Of a stretch of DNA of 64,000 nucleotides, positions 30,624-41,800 are shown piece after piece. Origin of the DNA: Raillietiella orientalis (lineage: Eukaryota). A program made the translations under genes and the position numbers. Every line of letters starts with the position of its first letter. Position 1 is the stretch's first letter. The DNA is taken from the NCBI GenBank assembly GCA_036172245.1, contig JAYWIR010000004.1:2914001-2978000 (forward strand), given 5' to 3'. Under the pieces are notes generated by a model, which was given only the letters and a program-made list of their open reading frames with translations, was not told the DNA's origin and did not search any database.

Positions 30624-31330
30624 ATGAGATTTCTGACAAAAATATCACTCTCTAACAATTTATGGTTCATATTTATGAGTCTCTTCTTGTTAAGCATATG
30701 AAAGGGTGATGGTGCCAGTAATAATTGGGATAAATGTTGGCAGAGAGAACATTCCTGAACTCTATTTTTAATTTGCTTTTAACTCTAGCTGCAAGAGTTT
30801 TTACACGATTTTGTACAAAGTTCCAGATAATGAAGTTTTTATGACTTTTGCATACTTGCTCATTTATGGATAAGCGATAAAGTTCAAAGCATTATAAGCA
30901 TCAAGGAACTGTAATCTGATCAATAGTGATCGAGATAATGATCCCCCCCCCCCCAATTTTTTTTTTGTTTTTGAAGGTGAAGGAAGGAAAGGAACTTATG
31001 AGAAGTTTCGAGAAATAGTGGGTTAAAGAAAGGTACAGAAGAAAGGTAAAGAGAATACCCTGAAAAAATTTAGGCAGAAATGCTTGATCTCGAAATAAAC
31101 TGATACGGAGGAAAACTTCATGAGAATAGTAGTTACATTAAAGCCTTTGAGATGATTCCTTGTTTATGAAATTGGTTAATGGAAAGATACCACAAGTTTA
31201 TATAGATGGACTTGAAGAAGCAGTTATACAGCGATTGAAGAAGGATAGAGAACCTTAACAGAAACAGCTGAATCTTCTACGTCACAAATGAACCTTCAAT
31301 CTATGAATATTGTAATGACCTATCAATGAA
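30624..31330 (+). pseudogene. Possible decayed gene for a secreted protein (unidentified)
   Basis: ATG at 30624 gives the signal-peptide-like MRFLTKISLSNNLWFIFMSLFLLSI, then TGA (30699), then KGDG. Downstream are exon-shaped, protein-like fragments (e.g. LVNGKIPQVYIDGLEEAVIQRLKKDREP) interrupted by stops. No family recognised. Confidence 0.2.
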
Positions 31331-34310
31331 GAAGAAATAAGATGAGAAGCGGCTTTTCCTTACGAGAAAGGAGAAATAATGAAGTAAATCACATGTGCGA
31401 TACAAGGAAATAGACGGGCGAAAGAGATGACGCACATAAAATTTTTGCCTGTTCAGGAGTTAAGAGGAGATCTGAGAAACGAAAAATAAAAGGGGGAGCA
31501 GAATGTCACCCAGTTTATTCTGATGAACTCCCCATTTCCTTTGGATGAAAAAAAAATTTTGGGGTCTGTTAAATGGAATCTTCTGTCTCCTATGTCGGAT
31601 TCGAATTTTTTGGAAATTGTAAACATCGGCAGCAGGCAATTCTTGAAAATTTGCACCCTGCAGAGTTAAAAAACTTTTCTCTTTTGAAAGCATAGATCTA
31701 CGCAACGATAGAAAGAGCATCGAATCATGGAATGATCGCCCTTCTGATATTTATTTTTTTTTTGCTATGCTTTCCTTACTGTTTTTTATCAGAATTATCT
31801 GAACGGATGGTTCCTTCAAAACACTGCTTGCTTGCCATATGCATGTACACATTTGAGTTTGTATGGATTTTAGTGCCCACTCCCTTCTCCAAATAGATCT
31901 AGAGCTGGAAGCCAATAAAATGCAGATACCTTTCTCCCCCCCCCCCCTTTCTTTTCTTTCGTTTTCATTTACTCTCTTCACATGTTTTCTTGGCATTTGC
32001 TTAGATAAGTCGATAAGCAAGTTAGAAACAGATAAATTTTATTTACGTGTAAATAAGGAAAAAGGAGAATGTTCTTCCAAATAATTGCAATAGCTTTTCT
32101 CTTTATCCGTCATCTACAACCTCACACAAATACTTCAAGAAGATGTAGATTTGGACCTTCCCACACATGCTGCCCATAATTTTTTTTTTTTGTGTTTGCG
32201 TTTCCCGCGAGCCTTTTGCAAGCTCTCTTAGCCGGGAACCAAGGGATTCTCCTAGGGGTTCCAGACTAAAGATTCTCATCTCCTATCGTCAGGTGTTAGA
32301 AGGAACGATCTTTATGTAAAGAAAGTCCATGAAGAACTGGTTCAGGAAGGTTTGCTATTTCCAGAAGCTTGCAACTGGAAACACAAATTTGAAGACTTCC
32401 ATCCTCCGGAAGAATGTTTCACCTGATCATGTCGTCATTGCGAGGAAGTCTAGAGCATTCCCAAAGGAGCACTGAACTCAATCGTCCTATCCTCTTTTCT
32501 CCCAAGAAATACCACCGGCACGACAACTTTACGAAGCCTCGTATCCATGAGTTCTGTCATCCTCTGTTGCTTCAAACCGATGTCTTTCACTTGTAACAAT
32601 CGTCCGCCACCTCAATTTCCGATCAGCCTCCTCTGCAGCTCCTGTTCTGATTGCAGAAAGATCCCCTCATGCGCCATCTTCTGAAGCCTCTTCCAAGTAG
32701 CAGGAAGGAAACTCTGAAATCGACTGTGCAGTGCCGACAACTTTGTAAGGCCACTGCGTGACCGCTTCTGGTCCATCCATTGCCAGGACAACATCCCGGC
32801 TCTACTGAGCGAGAGCGCGTTCTCCCCCGTGGCTTGTTTTGCTTGGATCTCGGAACACGCTGACCCTCCCCCCCCGATGCCCTTTCCGTCTGGCCCCCAT
32901 TTTTCGGATGAGCAGTCGAAGACCTACTCATTCGTGTGAGTAGGTCCTGGATTCCCTCAGCCGAACCAACTTTAGGAACCACCACAAGACGCTCTTTTTC
33001 CTCTGGGGTGAGAGCAGTCCCAGAAGAAGAAGAGGTTTCGCTAGCACTGGAAGGGACGGATGACGAAGCGGAAGGGACGTCTGTAACCATTCCAGATCTC
33101 CGTGAGAAGTAAAGGGAGGAAAGGAGGAAGACCTGAAGACAAGATCGATAGCATCGTTAGCAAAAGGAAACGACAAAGGCAGACTCGGATCCCCGACTAG
33201 GGAAAGCAGGAAGGCAAAGAAGCAAAGTGGGGAAACGGATAGGATGCAGAAGCAGACCCCGGAGGAGAGATGAGTCAGCGAACCGAGAGGATGCACATTG
33301 TGGGGGACTCCAGGATTGTTGAACTGCTGCTATCAGGAGTCGCTGAGCTTCAGAGGTGCCTGCGGAGCTCGGAGCGGTGACAGCCGGCAAGGAGGTCCTC
33401 TGCTCCAGGTCATGGATTAAGGAAAGACTAGGATTTCCTCTTCCCTTCTTTAAGCTTCGTCTTTTGGGCAGCTCCGGGTGATTGCCTTCGCACCAATCGA
33501 TCCGCATTTCAAACGTGACGCGACTTCGGAAGGAAGCGGCAGGAGACGCGACAGGATGGCAAGCAGTACGCGCGCCTGATTTGCTTCTTTTTTTTTTTTT
33601 TTCCTTTTTGAAAAGGTCAGTAGCAACCTCACGGGGAAGTCGTCGTTTCCATCGGCCAAGGATGATGGGAAAACCTTTGGGGTTCTTCCGTTTCCGCTGC
33701 TTTCCTTCCAGGTTTTTATGTTCTTTTCTCTGGTCCGCTGAGTGCTGAAGAACCATCCGCCTCCTTACGTGGGACTCGCGAAACTCTTTGGCGCTGCTCA
33801 CACCACACGAGGACACCCTCGTTGCTCTTCGAGTTAGGAGGCACTCCGGGAGGGGATCACCCTATGAATCTGGGAAAGGCTGCAGAGGAAGGAGCCCGTT
33901 CCTCTCACTCTTGGTAGGGGAATCCCTTCCTTATTCTCTCAGGAGGGACTCCCAGGCAAGGATCCGCTCCTTGTTTCCTACTCTGAAGGGAACCCCGAAG
34001 GGATGCTTTTCAGTTTCTCTCTGAAGGGCTCTCCCCGAAGGGAGCAGCGCGCTTCTTCCACGCTCTGGAACCGGCTCCCTGGTATGCGATGGTACTGCTC
34101 CCTTTTCACAACCGGAGGGAAAATCCGAAGGGGACCGGTCACTTGATTCTTGGACTGGACTTCGGAGGGGCAACTTCCAATCCCGGTCAACGGGGGTATC
34201 CGGTTTCCTCCAGTGGCGCCGCACCTCGAAGCCTCCAGAACAACCGGCTCCATCCTGCGGAGAGACTTGAAATTCACGATGCACCCCCCGTTTTCGGTGC
34301 CGATCTTCCC

Positions 34311-34380
34311 CCTCTGGAGGGATTCGAACCCACAGCACTCGGTACCACGTGCCGAGACCCTACGTAGCCACACAGCCTCC
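34311..34380 (-). pseudogene. Degenerate tRNA-like sequence (tRNA pseudogene or tRNA-derived SINE head)
   Basis: Minus strand: GGAGGCTGTGTGGCTACGTAGGGT-CTCGG-CACGTGGTA-CCGAG-TGCT-GTGGG-TTCGAAT-CCCTC-CAG. It has a perfect B-box (GGTTCGAATCC), a T-arm with one mismatch and an anticodon-like stem-loop containing GTG, but poor acceptor and D stems. Confidence 0.5.
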
Positions 34381-35815
34381 AACGCCCGATTTCTGGATCG
34401 GGAAAAGGGAACAAACCACCTCTTACAGACAGCGGACCCTCAGGTGCCGGGCGACCGACCCGCTCTGGCCAGTCCGCCTCTCAGGGAATTACGTATCTAT
34501 GGAGAACCTCCTGGTCATCGGTCCGTGCAGAGAGATCCGAGTGGCACGCAAGGCGGTCGCCGCCTCGGTGTCGAACTCCTGACTCGCGCGCGCGTGCGGC
34601 GCCTCTAAGGCATACGGGGCATGCGCCTGGTGTCCCGTATGTATCTTGTAGAGGGAAGGGGGGAGGGACATCCTCCCTCCATTCTCCTCCTTTCATCAAG
34701 AGCCAATCATCCCGACCAGATGACCCAAACACTCAGGTCTCCACCGCCCTCTTCCTGCCGCGGAGTCAATCGCTTCGCGCTGTGCTCTCTCCGAACCGTC
34801 TTCGGCGGAGCGCGCCGAGCGGATGCTCCGAGCGCTACCTTTGCGACAGACGCCACCGTGCGCCAACATGAAGTGCTCCCACACTCTCGTTCCTTGCTCT
34901 GAGCAGGACTTCGCGCCTTCCCCAAGCGAGCAGATGGGGGTGCACCCTGTGCCCACCTTTCCTCCCTCAGCTGGGAGACATACCCGTGGCTAGCGAAGGG
35001 GAGGGGGGGATCAGGTAGTGCGCCGAGAACCCCCACGAGCCTCCGGGGTCTCCTCAAGCGCGGCGGGCCGGGCGGAGGTGGATTCCCGGACGCTTCCCCA
35101 CGGAGGGGGCTTCTCCCCCTTCGACCCCGAGAGGTCGACTCTGTGCGTTTCCGCCCTTCCTCCGAGGACCCGCTCGGATCCGCCTTCCCTGAAAAGTCCA
35201 GATGGTCCCCCCTTCCTCCTATACTCCTCTTTCCCTCTCCCGCGGGTCGCGCCTGACGGAAAAATCGGCGGCAGCGAGGCGACTTCATCGCGGGGGCTCT
35301 CGACCATGTCCCTCTCCCACCCTCTCCCGAAAGTTTCGAGATGTGTCCTGAGGGAACCAACCAGTTCCCCCTCCTCCCCCTCCACCTTCAACCCGGATGA
35401 GCATCTCCTCTTCACGTCGTTTCCCCTTGAGCCGAGAAGGACAGTGGCCCCGAAGGAGCCATCGCGGGGGATGAGAAGACCAACTGGAATGAGACTTTGG
35501 AAGAGAAAAAGACGGGGACGAGGGGGATGGATGGGAGGGAGGGGATCTCATTCCCACAGTGGCGGCAGGAGGAACCAGGAGGTTTCGGTCCGGAGGGGTG
35601 AGCAGTGGCCACCTTGGAGGGTCGGGTTCTTCTCCGGCCCCCGTCTGCGGACCTCCTGCCCTATGGGCCGTGATGCGTGACCTCCCGCCCCGTAGAGGAG
35701 GCAGAGGAGGAAGGTCCGTCCTTCAAGTTGGGCGGGGGACAAGGGTAGTCCCAAGTTCGCTTCCATACCCGATCCCCTCCTGTCGACTCCTCCCCTCTCT
35801 CCCTCCAGGCAACGA

Positions 35816-35883
35816 GCGCCTCCACTGGGAAACCCTCGAGTTTCCGCCCGGCGCCTCCACTGGGAAACCCTCGAGTTTCCGCC
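35816..35883. repeat. Tandem duplication, 2 x 33 bp identical (35-bp period), each unit containing an inverted repeat
   Basis: GCGCCTCCACTGGGAAACCCTCGAGTTTCCGCC at 35816-35848 and 35851-35883; internal GGAAAC-N6-GTTTCC stem-loop. Confidence 0.9.
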
Positions 35884-38800
35884 GGGAGGACCCCGCGAGT
35901 GGGTCGGAGGATGAGACCTGGAGCTTCCACGTTCAGCCGTCGCAGGAAGCCCCGACGAGGGGAACGAGCGGGGAAGACCACGTTGCGACCGCACCCCCCC
36001 GAAGGCGGGTGGCTGCGCTCCGTGACCCTCTGCTCTTCTGGGGGGGGGGGGCTGCCGGGTCTCTTCCAGGTGCCGGCACGCCTCTCGCTGTCCCTCCACT
36101 GCCGCCCCCTTTCCTCCCGACCCATCCTGCCTTCCGATCTTAGTGGATGGACAGGCCGGCTCCAAGCTCGTGCTCCAGGACTCCCTCCAGCGCCTTCCCA
36201 GAGTCGAGCTGCCCGCATTCCTTCGTCCAGAATAGGTGCGCAGGGGGAGGAGCTTCCCCTGAGAAGGAAGGAAGGGAGGCGGAAGCAGGAGAGCCCACCC
36301 TTTTCCGGGAAACGCCACCTACAGAGCTCGCTGCGCAGAAGGCCGGCGACGAGGATCCGGAAACTCCTCGAACCTCCCTCCTCATCCCTCCTTCCTCCTT
36401 GTCCACTGAGCGCATATAATCGAGCGGCGAACGCGATCCGTGCCAAGAGGGGAGGAGAGGAGCCCCACTAGTGTACAGCATATGGTACGAAAGACACGCG
36501 CAGAGGGCTAGGGGAGGCAAAAGTTTCCTCCTCCTTCCCCTACCCCCATTCCCGTTTCTCGGATGTCCCGAATGGGAAGCCGCGAACTCCGCCGCTGCGG
36601 GAAAACGAGGGCGCGGTCCCTCGAGAGCACGGGGTACGCGACCATTTCGGTACCCCAGCAACGGGAAAGACGGGTGACGGCGGCCGCCGCCCTCAACACT
36701 TTTCTCGCCTCGCACCACGCGGCAGCAGCGGCACTTCGTCCCGGAGAGGAGCGCCTCGGGCGCCGGCACCGGAGAGGCCGCCGCAGGCAGTGTACCCTCG
36801 CTGCCCGCGCGACCCGACCACCTTCCGGCGCGGAGTCGCCGCTCCGTCTCGCCTCCCTGCCTGGGGAAAGAAGAGGAGGACGCGTGTGCCCTTGATCTGG
36901 GCGCAGCACTAGGCGGTGCGCCCGCCCACCGTGCATCGCCTCCTGTGGCTCTCCACTGCACGCCACCGGCGGCGGCGGAGGTGCCCGCTGGTCTCACGAC
37001 GCCTCCAGAACTCCTTTGAAGGAGAAGCGGGAGAACCCCCGAGGGGCGAAAAAGAAGGAGGGAGGAACTCGAAGTCCCGCCTCGCCGCGGCGCCCCGAGG
37101 GAACTGCGCTCACGGGCTACGTCCCTCGCAAGAGGGACTGGCGCAGGGAACGTGGAAAGGGCAAACGGAGCCGCTGCCCTGGAGGCGAGGAGAACCCGCC
37201 CGAGGCGGTCGGCGCCCCGAGAAGAGCGAGCGACTCCACCTCCCGGTGCATCTCGAGCGCCCCCTGCAATCCGTTCAACAGGGGCGCAGTCCGCGTTGGG
37301 ACACGCGCTTCCCGCCGGAGGGCACTGCGTTGTGGATGGCCTTCCCTCACCTTTCCGCCTCGTTTTGGGGGACGGCCGGTCACCTCTGAGTGAACCCCAG
37401 ATTACACGGAGAGAAGGCGCGTGCGCTCACTTTCGAGCCCGCTGAGTGGCGGCGCGTGGGCGCACGTGCCCTGGTAACGGTGGCACGCGCCAGTCCACCC
37501 GGACGTTGCATAGGAAACGCCCCCTCCCCCTTCCACCCCGCGCGCGTGCTCATGGCTCTTCGCGAGAAGCCGCCGCCCTCATCTTTCACCTGAGGACGTG
37601 GGGCCCCCGCCGAAGAAGAGAGGGAGGGTCGACGTTCCGCCTTTTCACCTCCGCGGCAGGCGCGTGCGCCTTTCCTCGGGGGCCCCGGGAGAGGGCGGCA
37701 GCTGCGGCGGTCGCCCCGCCGGAGCACCTGAGGTGGGCCACGCCCGCATGCGAGGCGGACGGGCGGTGGCTTTCGCCTTCCGACGACGACGCTTCCTCCC
37801 CGCCTGCGAGGGCGGCGATCCTAAGGGAAACGGGAAAGGGAAGGGAGGAGAGGAGAGAGGGAGGGAGGGGAGAGGAAGGAGCTGGCTTGATTGATCCCCG
37901 CGACCTTGAAAGAAATCTGCCCCTCGCAGCTGCCGCCCGGTGCGGCCTCCGCGCGGGGAATCCAGCGACTTCCGAGAGGACGCGGGAGTCTCCCACCGCT
38001 TACGCGACCGGATGTGGGAAGCGGCAACCGACTCCACAACATCCCTTGTCCCACGCCCTCCCTCCCGCAGCACGACAACCGCGCTCCAGGCAGCGCCGGG
38101 GCGCGGCGAGGCCGGGCGACTTCTCGCCCGGACGAGCGCGCGGGACAATCTGCCGTCTTCGCGAACGTGCGCGCGCGTGAGCTTGCTCCGTAGTGAACTG
38201 CCCAGGGGTCGCTCGCCTCCGCATCCGACCCTCCGGGCTCCATCACCCCGAGTCTCCACGAAACGGGGAAACGCGGAAACTCTGTTTTTTGTTTGTTGAG
38301 GTGAGGGGAGAGAGAGAAAGCGAAAGAGATACAAAGTGGCCGTCGAAATGCCATGCGGTCACCGATGCAACGACCGTGGTCACCGTGCGGTCACAAGCAA
38401 GTAGGAAGTAGGAAGCGGGAGACGGGGAACGGAGGAGGAAGGGAGGTGTGAGGAGAAGAAGGAAGGGAGGAGGAGGAGGAGGAGAAGAAGAAGAAGGAAG
38501 AAGGGGTGGAAGAAACGAGGAGAAAGAGAAGGAAGGGAGGGGGGAGGGAAGAGGAGGAGTGCTATAGAAAATCTCATTTGTCCCTGAGGAAAACCCTTGT
38601 AACAGCGTTGTACTTCCTTCAGAGATTCTCATACATCTCTACAGCAGCGGGCAAGGAAATATCCCCTGGTGGGACACGGGAGCTCGTAAGATGGACAGCG
38701 ACCAGTCAGAGGCACTCCGCGGCAAGAAGGATCGCGTCGCCGCTAGGGTGCGCCTAGCGTCGTCCCGGTTTGCTGCCAGGGGGACGTTCTGGCTCGCTCA

Positions 38801-41800
38801 GGGGGCCCTTCGTCCTTCTTCCTCGGGCAAGAGGGCAGACTCTCCGTGAGCTCCCCTTCTTCCTTCTTCCTGCTCGCAGGAAGGGGGGGGAAGGACGGGA
38901 GATCGAGGAGGAAGCTGATAGCGCTGCGAGGCGGGAGGCTACGGAGGAGGGAGAGCGGTCGTCTTATCGGGGGAATATCGCTCCAGCGAATGAACGTGGC
39001 CACAGGCGGTGGAGGCAGGGGGAAGGCACGGCGACACGGTGACACGGCTGACACGGAACATACAGTTAGTTGCGGGAGGGAAAAAGAGGGAGAGGAGGAG
39101 AGGAAGGGGGAGGGAGTGCGGGGGAGGCTGCGGAAGAAGGAAGACATGAAATCGTTTCGGAGCTTCGAGAGAGGACGACGGCAACTGCGTCGTCTCTTTT
39201 CTCCTTCCCCCTGCTTCTTCCCCTTTTCCGAGTGTTTGCTTGGGGAACGAGGGGCGGTCATTCCTGTGGGGAGGTCATCGGAAAATCAAACAAACCCGCA
39301 GGTCTCTCCCACCATTTCAGCTAATCCTCATAGACAAGCAGAAAGGAAGAGAAAGGACGGGGAGATGCACCACTCTGGATCCTCCCGCGACGTGAGTTGC
39401 GTCTCTGCGTGTTCCCATCTTTTGCTGTTCTCTCAGGGGTGGACTGGAGATCTTGGAATGGGGGGAGGGGACGGAGAGCACGCTGGAACACAGAGGGAGA
39501 AGGGGAAGGAGGGAGAGTGACTCTGTGAAGCGCGACCGACTCGGCGCACCGCTCATGAGCTCGACAGGTGCGTCTATGGCTGCCTCCTCCCCCTCCCATT
39601 GGCACGCACAAACCGCTCCGCGCCCGTCATCCTCTTTGCCAGGTGACCGCCTCCTCCATCTTCTTCCTCCTCCTCGTGGATCTGTCTGGAGCATCGGCAG
39701 TCATCTCGTTCCGCTTCTTCCTCTGGGTAGATGGCCCTCTCCCCTCGCATGCCCACCTCGCCCCGCGGCCGCGTCCCGGGAGGCTCCAACTTCCCGTGCC
39801 AGAGATCAGCTATCTCCCCGTGGACTCTCTCCCCTCCCTCCCCCATCCAGCCAACAAAGCCGTGCCGGATTCCCCTTCCTCCTCCTCCTCCCCCCCACTG
39901 CTACCGAGACCACCTCCACCATTGGCAGCAGCAGCCGGTACAGAGCACAGGAACGGCTCCAGGGATGCGGGGAGTCCCGTACCCCTCCTTCCCGGAAGTG
40001 ACGGGGCGAGTGACGAACGAGGGCGAGCCCTGGGATGAGGAAAAGGACCCCGACGCCCTAAGAAGTTGGCTCCCAGCAGGAGAGGAGCAGGGAAACCGTG
40101 CAGGATTTCCCAGGAGGCCGAGCTACCCTCCTTCTCCAGGGTGGAATTCTGGAGTTCCGGGGGAAGCCTCCCACAGTCCGACGGACCGAGGAAGGAACCT
40201 CCTGATCGCCGTAGCTCCTGCTCCCGGCCTTGGTGTTCTCGAAGACGACCGCGCAATCCGCGCGGCCGGAAGGAGCGCGCGGAGAGGGACCATCCGTCTT
40301 CCCGAAGGACCCTGGCGGCGGCGACGCCCGTTCTCGGAATGGACCGGGAACGGACTCGCGTTCCCTTACCCCCCGCCCCTCCGGAGCGGAAATTCCTCAT
40401 ACGGGAAGAGGGCTTGTCCGATTGGGTCGGTGCCTGGGCCACAACCCCTACTGGGAGGGCCGCCCTTCAAGAGGTGAGGCGAACGGGGGAGCAGGGGCGG
40501 CAGCTCAGCTCTCTCCCCGCCCGCCCCGGAGCTCGCAGTTCCGCTCGCGAGAGGCACAAGAGGGACGCCCTGGGAACGGTCGGGTTTTCGCTGCTCCATC
40601 GGGCCACGGCCCGGTGGAGCAGCGCGTTGCCTCGCACCGAAGAGAAGAACCGGAAGATATGGCGGACGTCGGCGGTTGAGCGTGAACCAGCGAGCCGCCA
40701 GGTCGGAGACCCTCCCCGGAAAGGACGAGTCGTGAAGGACCCGCCGACGTGACCGGGGACCAAGGGACGCAGGTGCTCCTCCTCCTGTCACGCCAGCGAT
40801 GGGACCTGGAAAGCCTGGAGGGGGGGATGGCAGGAGAGGGTCGGAGGAGCGGGTACCGCCTGCCCCCTAGGACAGTTAGGAACGAGGTTTGTCCCAGCGT
40901 CGCAGGAGGGCAGGGGGGGAAGACGGGTCCCGCTCGCCGGAACGTCGGCGCAAGGGAGTGTAAGAGGAGCTGCCGAGAGCGAAGAGCGGGAGTTGCCGCC
41001 CCAAGGTCCAGTCCGAACCAGATGGCCTCCGGCAGCTTCCGGACTGTCTCGCCAAGGGTGCGCCAGGAATAGTGAGTGGGCGGAGCAGACCTTCCCGACA
41101 GCCCGGAGATTCCTGTGTTGATTTCCTCATCCCCCTTCCTTCCCCGGACAGAGCGACGTTCCAGAGCCATCTTTTCGGAGGAGCACCTCCTGAAGGCTTC
41201 CGGCGCGGGGGTTGCATCTCCCCCCCCCCCCCTCTCTCGCCGCTTTGATCTTCTCGGGAAGCGCTGGCACTGAGGCCGCCTCCCCGAATTGCCTGCGGTT
41301 GCCGCACCCGACGGCTGAGGCGGAAGCGATCGAGCGATCGACTCCTCCCCCCCTCCCATCACCACCATCCAAGGATCACTGACGGGGAGGTAGGGAGCGC
41401 CTGCAAAACCGAACCGGCGGAGAGCAGCAGCAAAGAGGTAGCCGCCCTCCCGCGCGAAGAGCGGGAGCGTCGTCGCCGCTCCTGCGGCCTCCCGGTTGCG
41501 ACTCTCCCTCCTTCCAGGCTCCCGCAGGCGGATCGATGCGCGCAGAGTGTGGAACTCCCCGAGACAAGCGGAACGCCTCTGCCGCCAACCGTTCCTGCTG
41601 AACCGGACCGCTCCAGGCGCCTTCCGCTTCTCGCATGCAGGTGCCCCGCGGCGCAGGGAGAGTCCTCGGGCCCTCCCGTCCCTCCGGAAGGACCCTTTCT
41701 TCCTGCTGCCTTCGATCCGCGATCCAGCGTCCGTTCCATCTCTCCCTCCCCTTCCTCCCCTGCTTCCTCTTTCGTACACCTCGCGCACAGAAGGAAGTGA

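Noticed and set aside
34311..34380. Functional tRNA-His gene
   Set aside because: Acceptor and D stems do not pair properly and the anticodon loop is non-canonical; kept only as a tRNA-like relic.
35816..35883. CRISPR-like palindromic repeat
   Set aside because: Only two copies, a 2-bp gap instead of a spacer, no cas genes, and a eukaryotic context.
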